From the NCBI GenBank assembly GCA_963663765.2, contig CAXXUA010000013.1, positions 696,396 to 760,395 on the forward strand: 64,000 bases of DNA, given 5' to 3'. Below, one piece after another: positions 1 to 9,073 of the stretch. The number at the start of each line of letters is the position of its first letter. Within the stretch, counting starts at the first letter, position 1. The notes under the pieces are model-generated. The model did no database searches. It was given only the letters and a program-made list of their open reading frames with translations, and was not told the DNA's origin. Origin of the DNA: Candidatus Poribacteria bacterium (GTDB taxonomy: Bacteria > Poribacteria > WGA-4E > WGA-3G). The translations under genes were made by a program, and so were the position numbers.

Positions 1-52
1 GATGAGACGTTTAAGGTCGGTGAAGCAGATAAGGTGTTGAACAAGAAGTTTT

Positions 53-895
53 ATGGAGAATAAACAAACCCCAATATCATCATCTTCAATTCGACACTAC
101 TTTGTAGACGAAGGAGGCGATAGCACTCTCTTTTCTAAGACAGGAAAAGTATTGGTAGGTACAGAAGGATGTTCCCGGTTTTTCATACTTGGCTTATTGG
201 AAGTGCCAAATCCAACAGCATTAAAGGTTCGTTTTGATGGACTACGTGCACAGCTGATGGTCTATTCCTATTTCAATGCCGTGCCGTCTATGCAACCAAA
301 CGAGCGAAAAACTGCTGTTGCATTTCACGCCAAGGATGATTTACCTGAAGTTCGGAGGGATGTATTTAAATTTTTACGTGACATGGAAGGATTACGCTTT
401 TACGCAGTTGTTGCTGATAAATTGAGCGTTCTTGAATACGTCCGCCAACGCAACAAACGAGAAACCGCTTATCGTTACCAGCCCAATGAACTTTACGACT
501 ATTTGACAGGATATTTATTCAAAGAAAGATTAAGTCAGCATAATAGATACGATATTATTTTTTCCAAACGTGGTAAATCTGGCAGACTTGACGATTTGCG
601 TAAGCTGATTGAAACAGCATCCTCACTTATAACACAGCAGCAGAACATCAGTGCCGATTCTGTTCCAAACGTATCTGTCGCTACGCCGAAGGAACATGCC
701 GGTTTGCAAGCAGTCGACTATTTTGTTTGGGCATTACAGAGACTCTATGAGCGGGATGAGGAGCGATACCTGTTATATCTATGGGACGCTATTCGCATCG
801 TATACGATATTGATGATACGCGGAAAACCGATAACGGCATCCTTTATACACAAAAGAACCCTTTAACAACGGAGGTTTTACAGTGGCGGAAATAA
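53..895 (+). CDS. DUF3800 family protein (RNase H-like fold)
   Basis: N-terminal YFVDEGG, central FHAKDD, C-terminal GLQAVDYFVWAL motifs typical of DUF3800. Confidence 0.85.
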   Translation: MENKQTPISSSSIRHYFVDEGGDSTLFSKTGKVLVGTEGCSRFFILGLLEVPNPTALKVRFDGLRAQLMVYSYFNAVPSMQPNERKTAVAFHAKDDLPEVRRDVFKFLRDMEGLRFYAVVADKLSVLEYVRQRNKRETAYRYQPNELYDYLTGYLFKERLSQHNRYDIIFSKRGKSGRLDDLRKLIETASSLITQQQNISADSVPNVSVATPKEHAGLQAVDYFVWALQRLYERDEERYLLYLWDAIRIVYDIDDTRKTDNGILYTQKNPLTTEVLQWRK

Positions 896-968
896 AAAGT
901 CAGGGATATAGGATTGTGCAAACCGCAGCCCGACAATCACCAGGCATGGAGCCATTTTCGTCCCTGAC
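894..968 (-). ncRNA. Putative DUF3800-associated structured small RNA, convergent to the gene
   Basis: Closing stem GTCAGGGA 899-906 / TCCCTGAC 961-968; inner stems GATTGT 912-917 / ACAATC 933-938 and GGC 943-945 / GCC 951-953; U-tract after the stem on the minus strand; own promoter at 975-1004. Confidence 0.6.
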
Positions 969-974
969 AATTAC

Positions 975-1004
975 ATAATACAACATATTGTGATATTATG
1001 TCAA
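975..1004 (-). promoter_or_regulatory. sigma70-type promoter pointing at the structured RNA
   Basis: Minus strand TTGACA (1004-999), 18 nt, TATTAT (980-975); predicted start ~968 coincides with the first base of the closing stem. Confidence 0.6.
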
Positions 1005-1302
1005 GTAAATTTCACATATTCTGTCTATTACAATATGGTAGAAAGCAATGGTATCTAATGACAATAAAAGCTATGTCAACCCTCCAAATAGAGGACAAGA
1101 CGTTGAAATACCATTTCTAAATGATAACTTATCATTATCAAGAATCACGACAAAACCCCTACCTTTAGGTAGTGGGATGTAGTCGTGCTAAGTGCTTGTG
1201 TCAAGAAAAAACTTGATTTTTGGTTTAAAACATGAGATACTCATTATATCAGTTCAGTGTAGGTGCTACTAACACCTACACACCTTTAGTATGGGGAACT
1301 GA

Positions 1303-1390
1303 TACCAAATTAACGGAATATGTCTTTTTCCGACGGTAGGTGCGGTTTCCTAACCGCACACTTAACAAGATAAATCACATTAATTGGGTA
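1303..1390. mobile_element. 88-bp MITE (TACC-type TIR) nested in the IS leader
   Basis: Absent from copy 2; TIR TACCAAATTAA / TTAATTGGGTA; TGA duplicated at 1300-1302 and 1391-1393; internal REP GTAGGTGCGGTTTCCTAACCGCAC. Confidence 0.85.
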
Positions 1391-1419
1391 TGACATCTTC
1401 ATAGGACTGGAATATCATC

Positions 1420-2610
1420 CTGCTAAAAACACATAAGATTGCATTGAATCCAAATAACAATCAACGCAATTGGTTTGCACAACAGTGTGGCTATGCGAGA
1501 TTTGCATATAATCATGCATTAGCAGATTTCAAGTCTGCATTGGCAAATGATGAGTTCTTATCCGCTGCGAAGTTAAACAAGCGGTTTAATGTTGCTAAGA
1601 AAGAACATGCTTGGACAAAAGATATGGATCAGGTTGTAGCCAACAAAAGCATATTTGGCAACTTATCGGCTGCGCTTGCGAATTGGGTTGGTAAACGTGC
1701 AAAGTTTCCGAAGTTCAAGAAGCGTGGTAAAAAGGACGCATTCACCACAAATAATCAATCTGTGGAAGTTGAAGGCAAGCGTATCAAACTTCCTAAGATT
1801 GGTTGGATTAGCATGTTTGAATCATTGCGTTTTGTGGGTAAGATTATGAAAGTGACGATCTCAAGGACAGCACATCGTTGGTTTGTATCTATCACCGTAG
1901 AAACAGAGGACACCGAAGCAGTTGATAATTCAACGCACCCTGTGATTGGTGTAGATGTAGGCATTAACACACTTGCCACCTTGAGTAATGGCACGAAATA
2001 TGATAATCCCCGACCGCTAAAACGTTATGAGCGGAAGCTAAAGAGAGAACAACGCAAGTTGAGCCGGCGTGTTTTCAAGTCTAAAAACTGGTTCAAGCAG
2101 AAACACGAGCTACAACGTATCCACTATCGTATCGCTTGTATCCGAAACGACGCACATCACAAAGCAACTACAGAGATTGTCAACCATGCCGCTGCGATCG
2201 GTATTGAGACACTCAAGGTTACGAATATGCTGAAGAATAGAAAACTCGCAAAAGTATTGTCAGATTCAGCATTAGGCGGTTTCCTGCTAAAACTCAAGAC
2301 AAAAGCGGAAGTGCGCGGTATACCTGTCAAAGAAGCAGATCAGTTCTTTGCAAGTAGTAAAACCTGTTCCGGTTGTGGACACAAAAAGAAAGACCTTACA
2401 CTTTCAGAAAGAATGTATCACTGCAGTCAATGTGATATGTCTATAGATAGAGATGTCAACGCTGCCATAAACTTGAAACCAACTACGGTGGGGCACACCG
2501 AAAGTCACGCCTGTGGAGTGCAAATAAGACCCAACGCTGTTCAGGAAAGGGCACGAGACACGGAAGCAGGAAAAGTCGTTTGGAAACAACTCAAACCGTT
2601 TCCAATATAA
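1420..2610 (+). CDS. tnpB: RNA-guided endonuclease TnpB (start codon CTG here, ATG in copy 2)
   Basis: HTH N-terminus, RuvC-I GVDVG, RuvC-II IETL, zinc finger CSGC/CSQC, RuvC-III DRDVNAA. Confidence 0.9.
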   Translation: MLKTHKIALNPNNNQRNWFAQQCGYARFAYNHALADFKSALANDEFLSAAKLNKRFNVAKKEHAWTKDMDQVVANKSIFGNLSAALANWVGKRAKFPKFKKRGKKDAFTTNNQSVEVEGKRIKLPKIGWISMFESLRFVGKIMKVTISRTAHRWFVSITVETEDTEAVDNSTHPVIGVDVGINTLATLSNGTKYDNPRPLKRYERKLKREQRKLSRRVFKSKNWFKQKHELQRIHYRIACIRNDAHHKATTEIVNHAAAIGIETLKVTNMLKNRKLAKVLSDSALGGFLLKLKTKAEVRGIPVKEADQFFASSKTCSGCGHKKKDLTLSERMYHCSQCDMSIDRDVNAAINLKPTTVGHTESHACGVQIRPNAVQERARDTEAGKVVWKQLKPFPI

Positions 2611-2727
2611 GAACTAAGAACCCCCATGCTTTAGCTTGGGGAGTATGTCAGTAATACACGCGTTCGTAGTCGCGCAATTCATTGCGCCTCAGACATTCAA
2701 GTTCAAAAGGATTAATCATTATTAGAA

Positions 2728-2891
2728 CAGGACTTACGCAAAAACGGTAGGCGGGGAATGCTATATAGCATTCATACCGTTGATTTCTTGATTTGGTGCT
2801 TTGTAAGCGCGCCGGATACCTAAAAAGTGCTGAAAATTACATCGTTCTCGGCTTAATTCTTCATCAAATCAAGAAAACTGCGTAAGTCCTG
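2728..2891. mobile_element. MITE with CAGGACTTACGCA TIRs carrying a REP
   Basis: Perfect 13-bp TIR; same family as 3398-3554 in opposite orientation; no TSD visible. Confidence 0.8.
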
Positions 2892-2972
2892 ATAAGTAAA
2901 GACAATTCACATGGATTGAGTTTGAAATTGTTATCGCAAATATTATGAATTCATAGCAATTAAAGGAAATAA

Positions 2973-3369
2973 ATGAAACCGCATATCACTATTGTTACAC
3001 TGGGCGTTGAAGACCTTCAGCGCGCAATTGAATTTTACCACGGTGGATTAGGTTTTCCACTGATGGATGAGGGTGACACGGATAGTATTGCATTTTTTAA
3101 GTTGGAAGGTATAATCCTTGGACTTTATCCCATAGACAAACTGGCTGAAGATATAACGATTTCATCTGAAGGTTCAGGATTTCAGGGATTTACACTTGCT
3201 CACAACGTAGGTTCTCCTGAGGAAGTAGACAACACTTTAGCAGAAGCAGTTTCTGCGGGGGCGGAGGCTTGTAAAACCGGGCCAGAAAGTGTTTTGGGGA
3301 GGGTATTCTGGCTACTTCAAAGACCCTGATGGGTTCTATTGGGAAGTCGCTCATAATCCCTTTCTATAA
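2973..3369 (+). pseudogene. VOC/glyoxalase family protein, +1 frameshift near 3265
   Basis: ITIVTLGVEDL..FY start; conserved C-terminus LVKPGQKVFWGGYSGYFKDPDGFYWEVAHNPFL* lies in the next frame and ends at 3369; may be an assembly indel. Confidence 0.8.
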
Positions 3370-3397
3370 TGTTGTGTTGATTCAAAATAATAACGTA

Positions 3398-3554
3398 CAG
3401 GACTTACGCAGTTATCATGATTTAATCAAGAATTGTGATGAAAATGATGTAATTTTCTACATTATTTGTGTTCCAGCGCGCTTACAAAGCACCAAATCAA
3501 CGGTATGAATGCCGTTTAGGCATTCCCCGCCTACCGTTAGGTGCGTAAGTCCTG
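3398..3554. mobile_element. MITE with CAGGACTTACGCA TIRs, 6-bp TSD
   Basis: AACGTA duplicated at 3392-3397 and 3555-3560; internal REP interrupted by a micro-element. Confidence 0.9.
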
Positions 3555-3584
3555 AACGTAAATCTGAAATTGGAGAAATATTTT

Positions 3585-4604
3585 ATGGACAAAATTAGAA
3601 TTGCTTTTATTGGTTGTGGTGGGATGTCATCGATATTACAACAGTGCATTCCGATGATACCTGAGTTTGAATTTGTTGCTACATGTGATCTTGTTGAAAA
3701 CAAAGCGAAGTCAAACGCACGGAGATTTGGTGCACTTCGCCACTATACAGATTATAATGAGATGTTCAAAAATGAAGACCTTTATGCGGTAGCAGTTGTC
3801 GGCAGACCTGAGGATAAACTACATCGGGATATCGGTATTGCATGTCTTCAACAAGGTTATCATATCTATACTGAAAAACCGCCAGCAACTACATCGGAAG
3901 GCGCGAAAATGCTCGTAGATGCTTCTGTTGAAACCGGAAAGACAGGTATGGTTGGCACGATGTGGCGGCATGCACCCGCGCATCAAATCGCAAAACGTTT
4001 AATTGACGAAGATGATTTTGGAACTGCATGCCAATACCATACGCGATATCTTGCGCCAGGACCTCGGCTGAATCAAGCAGGTTCACCCTTTGCATGGCCC
4101 TTCATGCTTGACCAAGTCATTCATCCGACTGACTGTATGCGTTTCTTTATGGGACAGGTCAGTGAAGTTTATGCAAGCGGCACAGTTGATGCACCATCCA
4201 GTTGTGTGTCAATATCCGTAAACTTGCGTTATGAAAATGGTGGTATGGGTACGATGACACTCGGCACAGGTCCCGTTTTAGAAGCTATGGTTTTCATCAA
4301 AGGCACTAACAATCAGGCTATACAGGTATTTGAGACACGTAAGTTGCGTCGTTACCGTGTCCCAACTTGGCTTGGTCATGGTGGTGGTTATGCCGATACA
4401 CCAACTGAGGAGTGGGATCTAAATACAGCATATCACAGTATTAGCAGACCCGGTTATCTGGAAGAGATGCAGCATTGGGCACACTCCTTACAAGCAGGCA
4501 CACAACCGCATTCAAGCCTTGAAGATGCATATCAGAACATGCGTGTTTTAGAAGCAATTAGCCGTAGTGTTGAAACTGGTGAAGTTGTTAAAATAGCGGT
4601 ATAG
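3585..4604 (+). CDS. Gfo/Idh/MocA family oxidoreductase (paralog 1)
   Basis: IAFIGCG Rossmann start, EKP motif, DQVIH; ATG 3585 after GGAG. Confidence 0.9.
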   Translation: MDKIRIAFIGCGGMSSILQQCIPMIPEFEFVATCDLVENKAKSNARRFGALRHYTDYNEMFKNEDLYAVAVVGRPEDKLHRDIGIACLQQGYHIYTEKPPATTSEGAKMLVDASVETGKTGMVGTMWRHAPAHQIAKRLIDEDDFGTACQYHTRYLAPGPRLNQAGSPFAWPFMLDQVIHPTDCMRFFMGQVSEVYASGTVDAPSSCVSISVNLRYENGGMGTMTLGTGPVLEAMVFIKGTNNQAIQVFETRKLRRYRVPTWLGHGGGYADTPTEEWDLNTAYHSISRPGYLEEMQHWAHSLQAGTQPHSSLEDAYQNMRVLEAISRSVETGEVVKIAV

Positions 4605-4670
4605 TTTTTTTTACGAAAATTGACTGAGTGTGTAATGTTTTGGCATCGTGTTGTCGTAATTGGTAGGTTT

Positions 4671-4813
4671 GTCAGAATCGCGGTTTACGCAGATTCGCGG
4701 ATGGGACTTTGTAGGGTGTGTATTCCATTCAGAAAAGAAGGCACAACTCAGGAATTGGGAATAATGCACTAAACTCAATAATCAGCGCAATCTGAGTAAT
4801 TCTTGATTCTGAT
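4671..4813. repeat. GTCAGAATC-ended dispersed repeat/MITE with short internal tandem units
   Basis: GTCAGAATCGCGG...GATTCTGA ends; related copy at 5945-6214. Confidence 0.55.
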
Positions 4814-4861
4814 AGGAAAAATGTCCCTTGAAATTACTAAAAAATGATTGGAGTTTTATCT

Positions 4862-5878
4862 ATGAAAAAAATAAGAGTTGCTTTTATCGGTTGTGGTCGA
4901 ATGTCATCACGCTTGCAGCAGTGCATTCCGATGATACCTGAGTTTGAATTTGTTGCTACATGCGATCTTGTTGAAAACAAAGCGAGGTCAAACGCACGTA
5001 AGTTTGGTGCACTACGTCACTATACAGATTATAATGAGATGTTTAAGAATGAAGATTTAAATGCTGTTGCCGTGGTAGGTAGACCTGATCCCATGCATCG
5101 CGACATCGGTATTGAGTGTATGAAAAATGGCTATAACATCTATACCGAGAAACCACCCGCGTCAACCGTTGCAGGAGCAAAGATGCTGGTTGATACGTCT
5201 GTGGAAACTGGTAAAACAGGTATGGTAGGCACAATGTGGCGGCATGCCCCTGCGCATCAGATCGCAAAACGTTTGATTGACGAAGATGATTTTGGAGCTG
5301 CTTGTCAATACCATACACGGTATCTTGCGCCGGGACCTCGGCTTAAGCAAGCAGGTTCACCTTTTGCATGGCCCTTCATGCTGGATCAAGTCATACATCC
5401 AACTGATGGCATGCGATTCTTTATGGGACAGGTCAGTGAAGTCTATGCAGTTGGTACAATTGATGCACCAACCAGTAATGTGTCAATATCTGTAAACCTA
5501 AAATATGAAAATGGTGGAATTGGCACAATGACACTCGGCACCGGTCCCGTCTTAGAATCTATGGTGTTTATCAAAGGCACTAACAATCAAGCAATTCAAG
5601 TGTTTGAAACAATGAAGCTAAAACGGTATCGCGTCCCAACTTGGCTCGGAACTGGGGGTGGTTATATAGATACACCGACAGAAGAGTGGAGTATAAATTC
5701 CGCGTTCCACGGTATTAACAGACCCGGTTATCTGGAAGAGCTGCAGCATTGGGCACACTCCTTACAAGCAGGCACACAACCGCATTCAAGCCTTGAAGAT
5801 GCATATCAGAACATGCGTGTTTTAGAGGCGATAAGTCGTAGTGTTGAAACTGGTGAAGTTGTTAAAATAGCGGTATAG
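4862..5878 (+). CDS. Gfo/Idh/MocA family oxidoreductase (paralog 2, tandem duplicate)
   Basis: Collinear and highly similar to 3585-4604, including downstream non-coding DNA. Confidence 0.9.
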   Translation: MKKIRVAFIGCGRMSSRLQQCIPMIPEFEFVATCDLVENKARSNARKFGALRHYTDYNEMFKNEDLNAVAVVGRPDPMHRDIGIECMKNGYNIYTEKPPASTVAGAKMLVDTSVETGKTGMVGTMWRHAPAHQIAKRLIDEDDFGAACQYHTRYLAPGPRLKQAGSPFAWPFMLDQVIHPTDGMRFFMGQVSEVYAVGTIDAPTSNVSISVNLKYENGGIGTMTLGTGPVLESMVFIKGTNNQAIQVFETMKLKRYRVPTWLGTGGGYIDTPTEEWSINSAFHGINRPGYLEELQHWAHSLQAGTQPHSSLEDAYQNMRVLEAISRSVETGEVVKIAV

Positions 5879-5944
5879 TTTTTTTGTATGAGAATTGACT
5901 GAGTGTGTAATGTTTTCGGCATGGTGTTGTCAGACTTGCAGGGT

Positions 5945-6214
5945 TTGTCAGAATCGCGGATCACGCGAATTTCGCAGAATTCGCGAATTTTGCGGATGGG
6001 AGTTTTGTGCATTATTATCCAATCCTGAGTTGTAACTTCTTCTATGAATGGAACACAAACCAACAAACTCCGATCCGTGAAATCAGTGTATTCTGGGGAA
6101 TGTCAAAGGCATTCATACCCGGGGAATGCCTAAAGAAGCATGCGCGTGTGGCATGCTCCATGATTCATACCGTTGATTTCTTGATTTCTTGATTTGAAAA
6201 TTTTGGTTCAGACA
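5945..6214. repeat. Second GTCAGAATC-ended repeat with nested micro-elements
   Basis: TTGTCAGAATCG start, TGGTTCAGACAA end; ~9-10 bp units (CGCGAATTT-like); two GGGGAATG...ATTCATACC inserts. Confidence 0.5.
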
Positions 6215-6293
6215 AATGACAATTACATTACACTTTCCTCAACGTATGCAAAACTTTTTGCATACCCCTTCAACACAAGTATATTTAGTATTA

Positions 6294-6441
6294 TAGTGAA
6301 ATCTAAAAATATGTCCACGCTCCTTGGTAGGTTCGGTTTCTAACCAATACAGAATACCATACGCGTATTTTGCACGATTTACACTGGTTCGGTTAGGAAG
6401 TCGAACCTACCGTCGCGTCCAAATAATTATGGATTTTACTA
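6294..6441. mobile_element. TA-flanked MITE (IS630/Tc1-like ends) carrying a REP doublet
   Basis: TA|TAGTGAAATC...GATTTTACTA|TA; inner GTAGGTTCGGTTTCTAACC...GGTTAGGAAGTCGAACCTAC. Confidence 0.75.
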
Positions 6442-6622
6442 TAATCATTTTTCACATTTTTGTGAGAAAATCGCGACCAGGAAATCAGCGGTATGAATGC
6501 CTTTTGGCATTCCCCAGGGCGCTATTATTGCGGATCATCTACCTTCACCAAACTTTCCTTGCAATCTCACTATAAATATGGTATCCTATTCTTTAAAGTA
6601 ATATACATACGGGGAAAAAGCA

Positions 6623-7429
6623 ATGAAATTGGGTTTATGCAGTATCGCTTTTCAGGATAAACCGTTAGACGAAGTAATCAATATCGCTTCTGATTACGGA
6701 TTTGACGGTATTGAAATTTGGGGTAAATCTCCGCACATGCCAGAAGAATACGATGAAACTCATGTAAAGAGCATTAAGGAGTTGACACAACAAAAGGGTT
6801 TAGAAATTTCTGCTTATGGTTCCTATGTCAATCCACTGATGGAACTCCATCAAAAGCATTTTGAGGAAGCGTTTAAAATCGCCCAAGAACTTGGAACAAA
6901 GCTCGTAAGAATCTGGACCGGCGGCGGTCCTTCAAATTCTATTACTCCTTATGATAAACAGATGATACTATTCCGATTGGTCAGTTTGTCACAATGGGCA
7001 AATTTCAGAAGCCTAACAATGGGTATGGAGATGCACAACAATCAACTCACTGATACCGCTGATAGCATTTTAGATATAATTGAGAGGACCAATATATCTT
7101 CCCTGAAAACCTACTATCAACCACTTTCCCAACTCAGTGCTGAAGAAAACCAAACCGCTGCGCAAAAAATTGCACCTCACATTGTGAACGTCCATGCGCA
7201 GAACTTTGATGAACAGGGAAAGGCGTGTGCAATCTCCGATGGCGTTATTGATTATAGCAAAATCGTTGAGACCCTTAACGATGCTGATTATGATGGGTAC
7301 ATTCAGGTAGAATTTGTTCGTGGTGACAATAAACTGGAAGCACTACAGCGGGATAGAGACTACCTTGCAAGTTTGACTAATCCTTTAGTTGAAAGTTCGC
7401 TTAAAGATTTGGAAACCGAACCTGTATAA
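6623..7429 (+). CDS. Sugar phosphate isomerase/epimerase (xylose isomerase-like TIM barrel)
   Basis: GFDGIEIW, MEMHN, NVHAQN, IQVEF motifs. Confidence 0.85.
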   Translation: MKLGLCSIAFQDKPLDEVINIASDYGFDGIEIWGKSPHMPEEYDETHVKSIKELTQQKGLEISAYGSYVNPLMELHQKHFEEAFKIAQELGTKLVRIWTGGGPSNSITPYDKQMILFRLVSLSQWANFRSLTMGMEMHNNQLTDTADSILDIIERTNISSLKTYYQPLSQLSAEENQTAAQKIAPHIVNVHAQNFDEQGKACAISDGVIDYSKIVETLNDADYDGYIQVEFVRGDNKLEALQRDRDYLASLTNPLVESSLKDLETEPV

Positions 7430-7449
7430 ACAAACTCGGTTCTGTTTAG

Positions 7450-8052
7450 ATGCGATTAGAAGTCGGTATTATCGCGCTGGTCGAAGAGGTATTAGAAACA
7501 CCTGCAGAAAGACGCGCACAATTTGAATGGCTCTGCAACAAACCGTCACGTGAGGATTTCGGAAGTTCTTATGACTTGCTCATGCAACTCTATGATGAAC
7601 TCAATGGAGATTGGGAAGGAACAACAGCAAAATCTAATGGGTATTTAACACCAGATGCTTATTTCCCAGAACCGTATCACTTTATATTTGAATTTGATGA
7701 GCTGCAACACTTCACCCAATTTCGTGAATTAACATTTAGATATTACCCCAAGGATGTACATCTTTCCTACACAAAAGAAAAATACATACAGTTTTGTAAG
7801 AAATATCATACAGCAGCACTTGCGAAGGGACCTGACAGATTTAGACGACACACAGCAGATTTTCCCTATGTGAACGGACGGGCAGCACAACGCGCATTCT
7901 TTGACACATTCCGAGATTGGTTGCCAACAAAACACGGACTCAATCCTACGCTGAGAATTGCTGAATTTGAGGTCACACCTATTCTCACTGGTGAATTGAC
8001 TGGAGACGCTGCAAAAACCTACATGGCACGTTTGCTAAACGAAAAATTGTGA
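7450..8052 (+). CDS. Hypothetical protein, possible PD-(D/E)XK/Vsr-like nuclease
   Basis: PDAYF...IFEFDELQHF and QRAFFD.FRD resemble the restriction-endonuclease-like fold; family assignment uncertain. Confidence 0.55.
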   Translation: MRLEVGIIALVEEVLETPAERRAQFEWLCNKPSREDFGSSYDLLMQLYDELNGDWEGTTAKSNGYLTPDAYFPEPYHFIFEFDELQHFTQFRELTFRYYPKDVHLSYTKEKYIQFCKKYHTAALAKGPDRFRRHTADFPYVNGRAAQRAFFDTFRDWLPTKHGLNPTLRIAEFEVTPILTGELTGDAAKTYMARLLNEKL

Positions 8053-8100
8053 CTTCAATAAAGTAGACACATAAAGGAAAGGTAGGATATATAACATTCC

Positions 8101-9030
8101 ATGGGCAACCGAACCGATACTAAAGTGAACCTATCAGAGCATCCGCTACTGCAAATCATTGGAAACACCCCCCTTGCTAAAATTAATCTTTTTGCTAATG
8201 AATTACCAGACGTAGAGATCTATGCAAAAGTAGAGACCTTTAATCCAGGTGGTTCTATTAAAGACCGTCCCGTATTGCGCATGATTACTGAGGCAATCGC
8301 ATCAGGAGAACTCACACGCGAGAAGGTTATATTAGATTCCAGTTCAGGCAATGCAGGAATAGCTTATGCGATGATTGGTGCAATACTCGGTTATAAGGTT
8401 GAGCTTGTTATACCCGACAACGCCAGCGAAGAACGAAAGAAACGTATCCATTCACACGGTGCAAAGATTATCTACACTGACGCAATCCTTGGTTATGATG
8501 AGGCTTTGCGCGAGGTAGACCGTAGATATAAAACATATCCAGATAGATACTTTTTCAATTCCCAATACGACAACGAAAATAATTGGCGTGCACATTACGA
8601 TACAACAGGTGTAGAAATCCTAAAGCAGACACAAGGTAAACTGACACACTTTGTCGCTGGCGTTGGAACGGGCGGTACAATCACCGGTGTAGGAAGAAGA
8701 CTTAAGAATTATAACTCTGATATACAGATTTGTTCTATTGAACCCGATGAGTTCCCTGGTATAGAAGGCTTAAAACATCTTGGACATCCGGACGACATCG
8801 TGCCAGAAATCCTTGATCAATCTGTAATAGATCAACGCATATCTGTTACAATTGAAAATGCACACGAAATGTGTATTCGTCTTGCGCGGCAAGGATGGTT
8901 TGTTGGACAATCTTCTGGTGGATACCTTTACGGTGCTTACAAACTTGCACAACAGATACAGAAAGGTGTTATCGTTACAGTGTTTAATGACATCGGTGAA
9001 AGATACTTCAGTACGAAGTTGTGGGATTAA
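8101..9030 (+). CDS. PLP-dependent cysteine synthase family protein (CysK/CysM)
   Basis: IGNTPL, NPGGSIKDR, SSGNAG, GVGTGGT, IEG motifs. Confidence 0.92.
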   Translation: MGNRTDTKVNLSEHPLLQIIGNTPLAKINLFANELPDVEIYAKVETFNPGGSIKDRPVLRMITEAIASGELTREKVILDSSSGNAGIAYAMIGAILGYKVELVIPDNASEERKKRIHSHGAKIIYTDAILGYDEALREVDRRYKTYPDRYFFNSQYDNENNWRAHYDTTGVEILKQTQGKLTHFVAGVGTGGTITGVGRRLKNYNSDIQICSIEPDEFPGIEGLKHLGHPDDIVPEILDQSVIDQRISVTIENAHEMCIRLARQGWFVGQSSGGYLYGAYKLAQQIQKGVIVTVFNDIGERYFSTKLWD

Positions 9031-9073
9031 ATCATTTGGAGATTTATAGTTGTAATCACAAAAGAGGAGTTAT

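Larger units (their letters stand above)
1139..2651 (+). mobile_element. IS200/IS605-family (IS1341-type, tnpB-only) element, copy 1
   Basis: Ends defined by comparison with copy 2; follows TTAT (1135-1138); left hairpin CCCCTACCTTTAGGTAGTGGG, right hairpin CCCCCATGCTTTAGCTTGGGG, ends ...GTATGTCAG; no TSD; 91 bp longer than copy 2 because of a nested MITE. Confidence 0.9.

Noticed and set aside
1420-2610. Cas12f or nuclease-dead TldR
   Set aside because: No CRISPR array, clear IS ends, catalytic triad intact
2728-3554. Composite transposon of two inverted MITEs carrying the VOC gene
   Set aside because: The right MITE has its own 6-bp TSD and the outer flanks do not match
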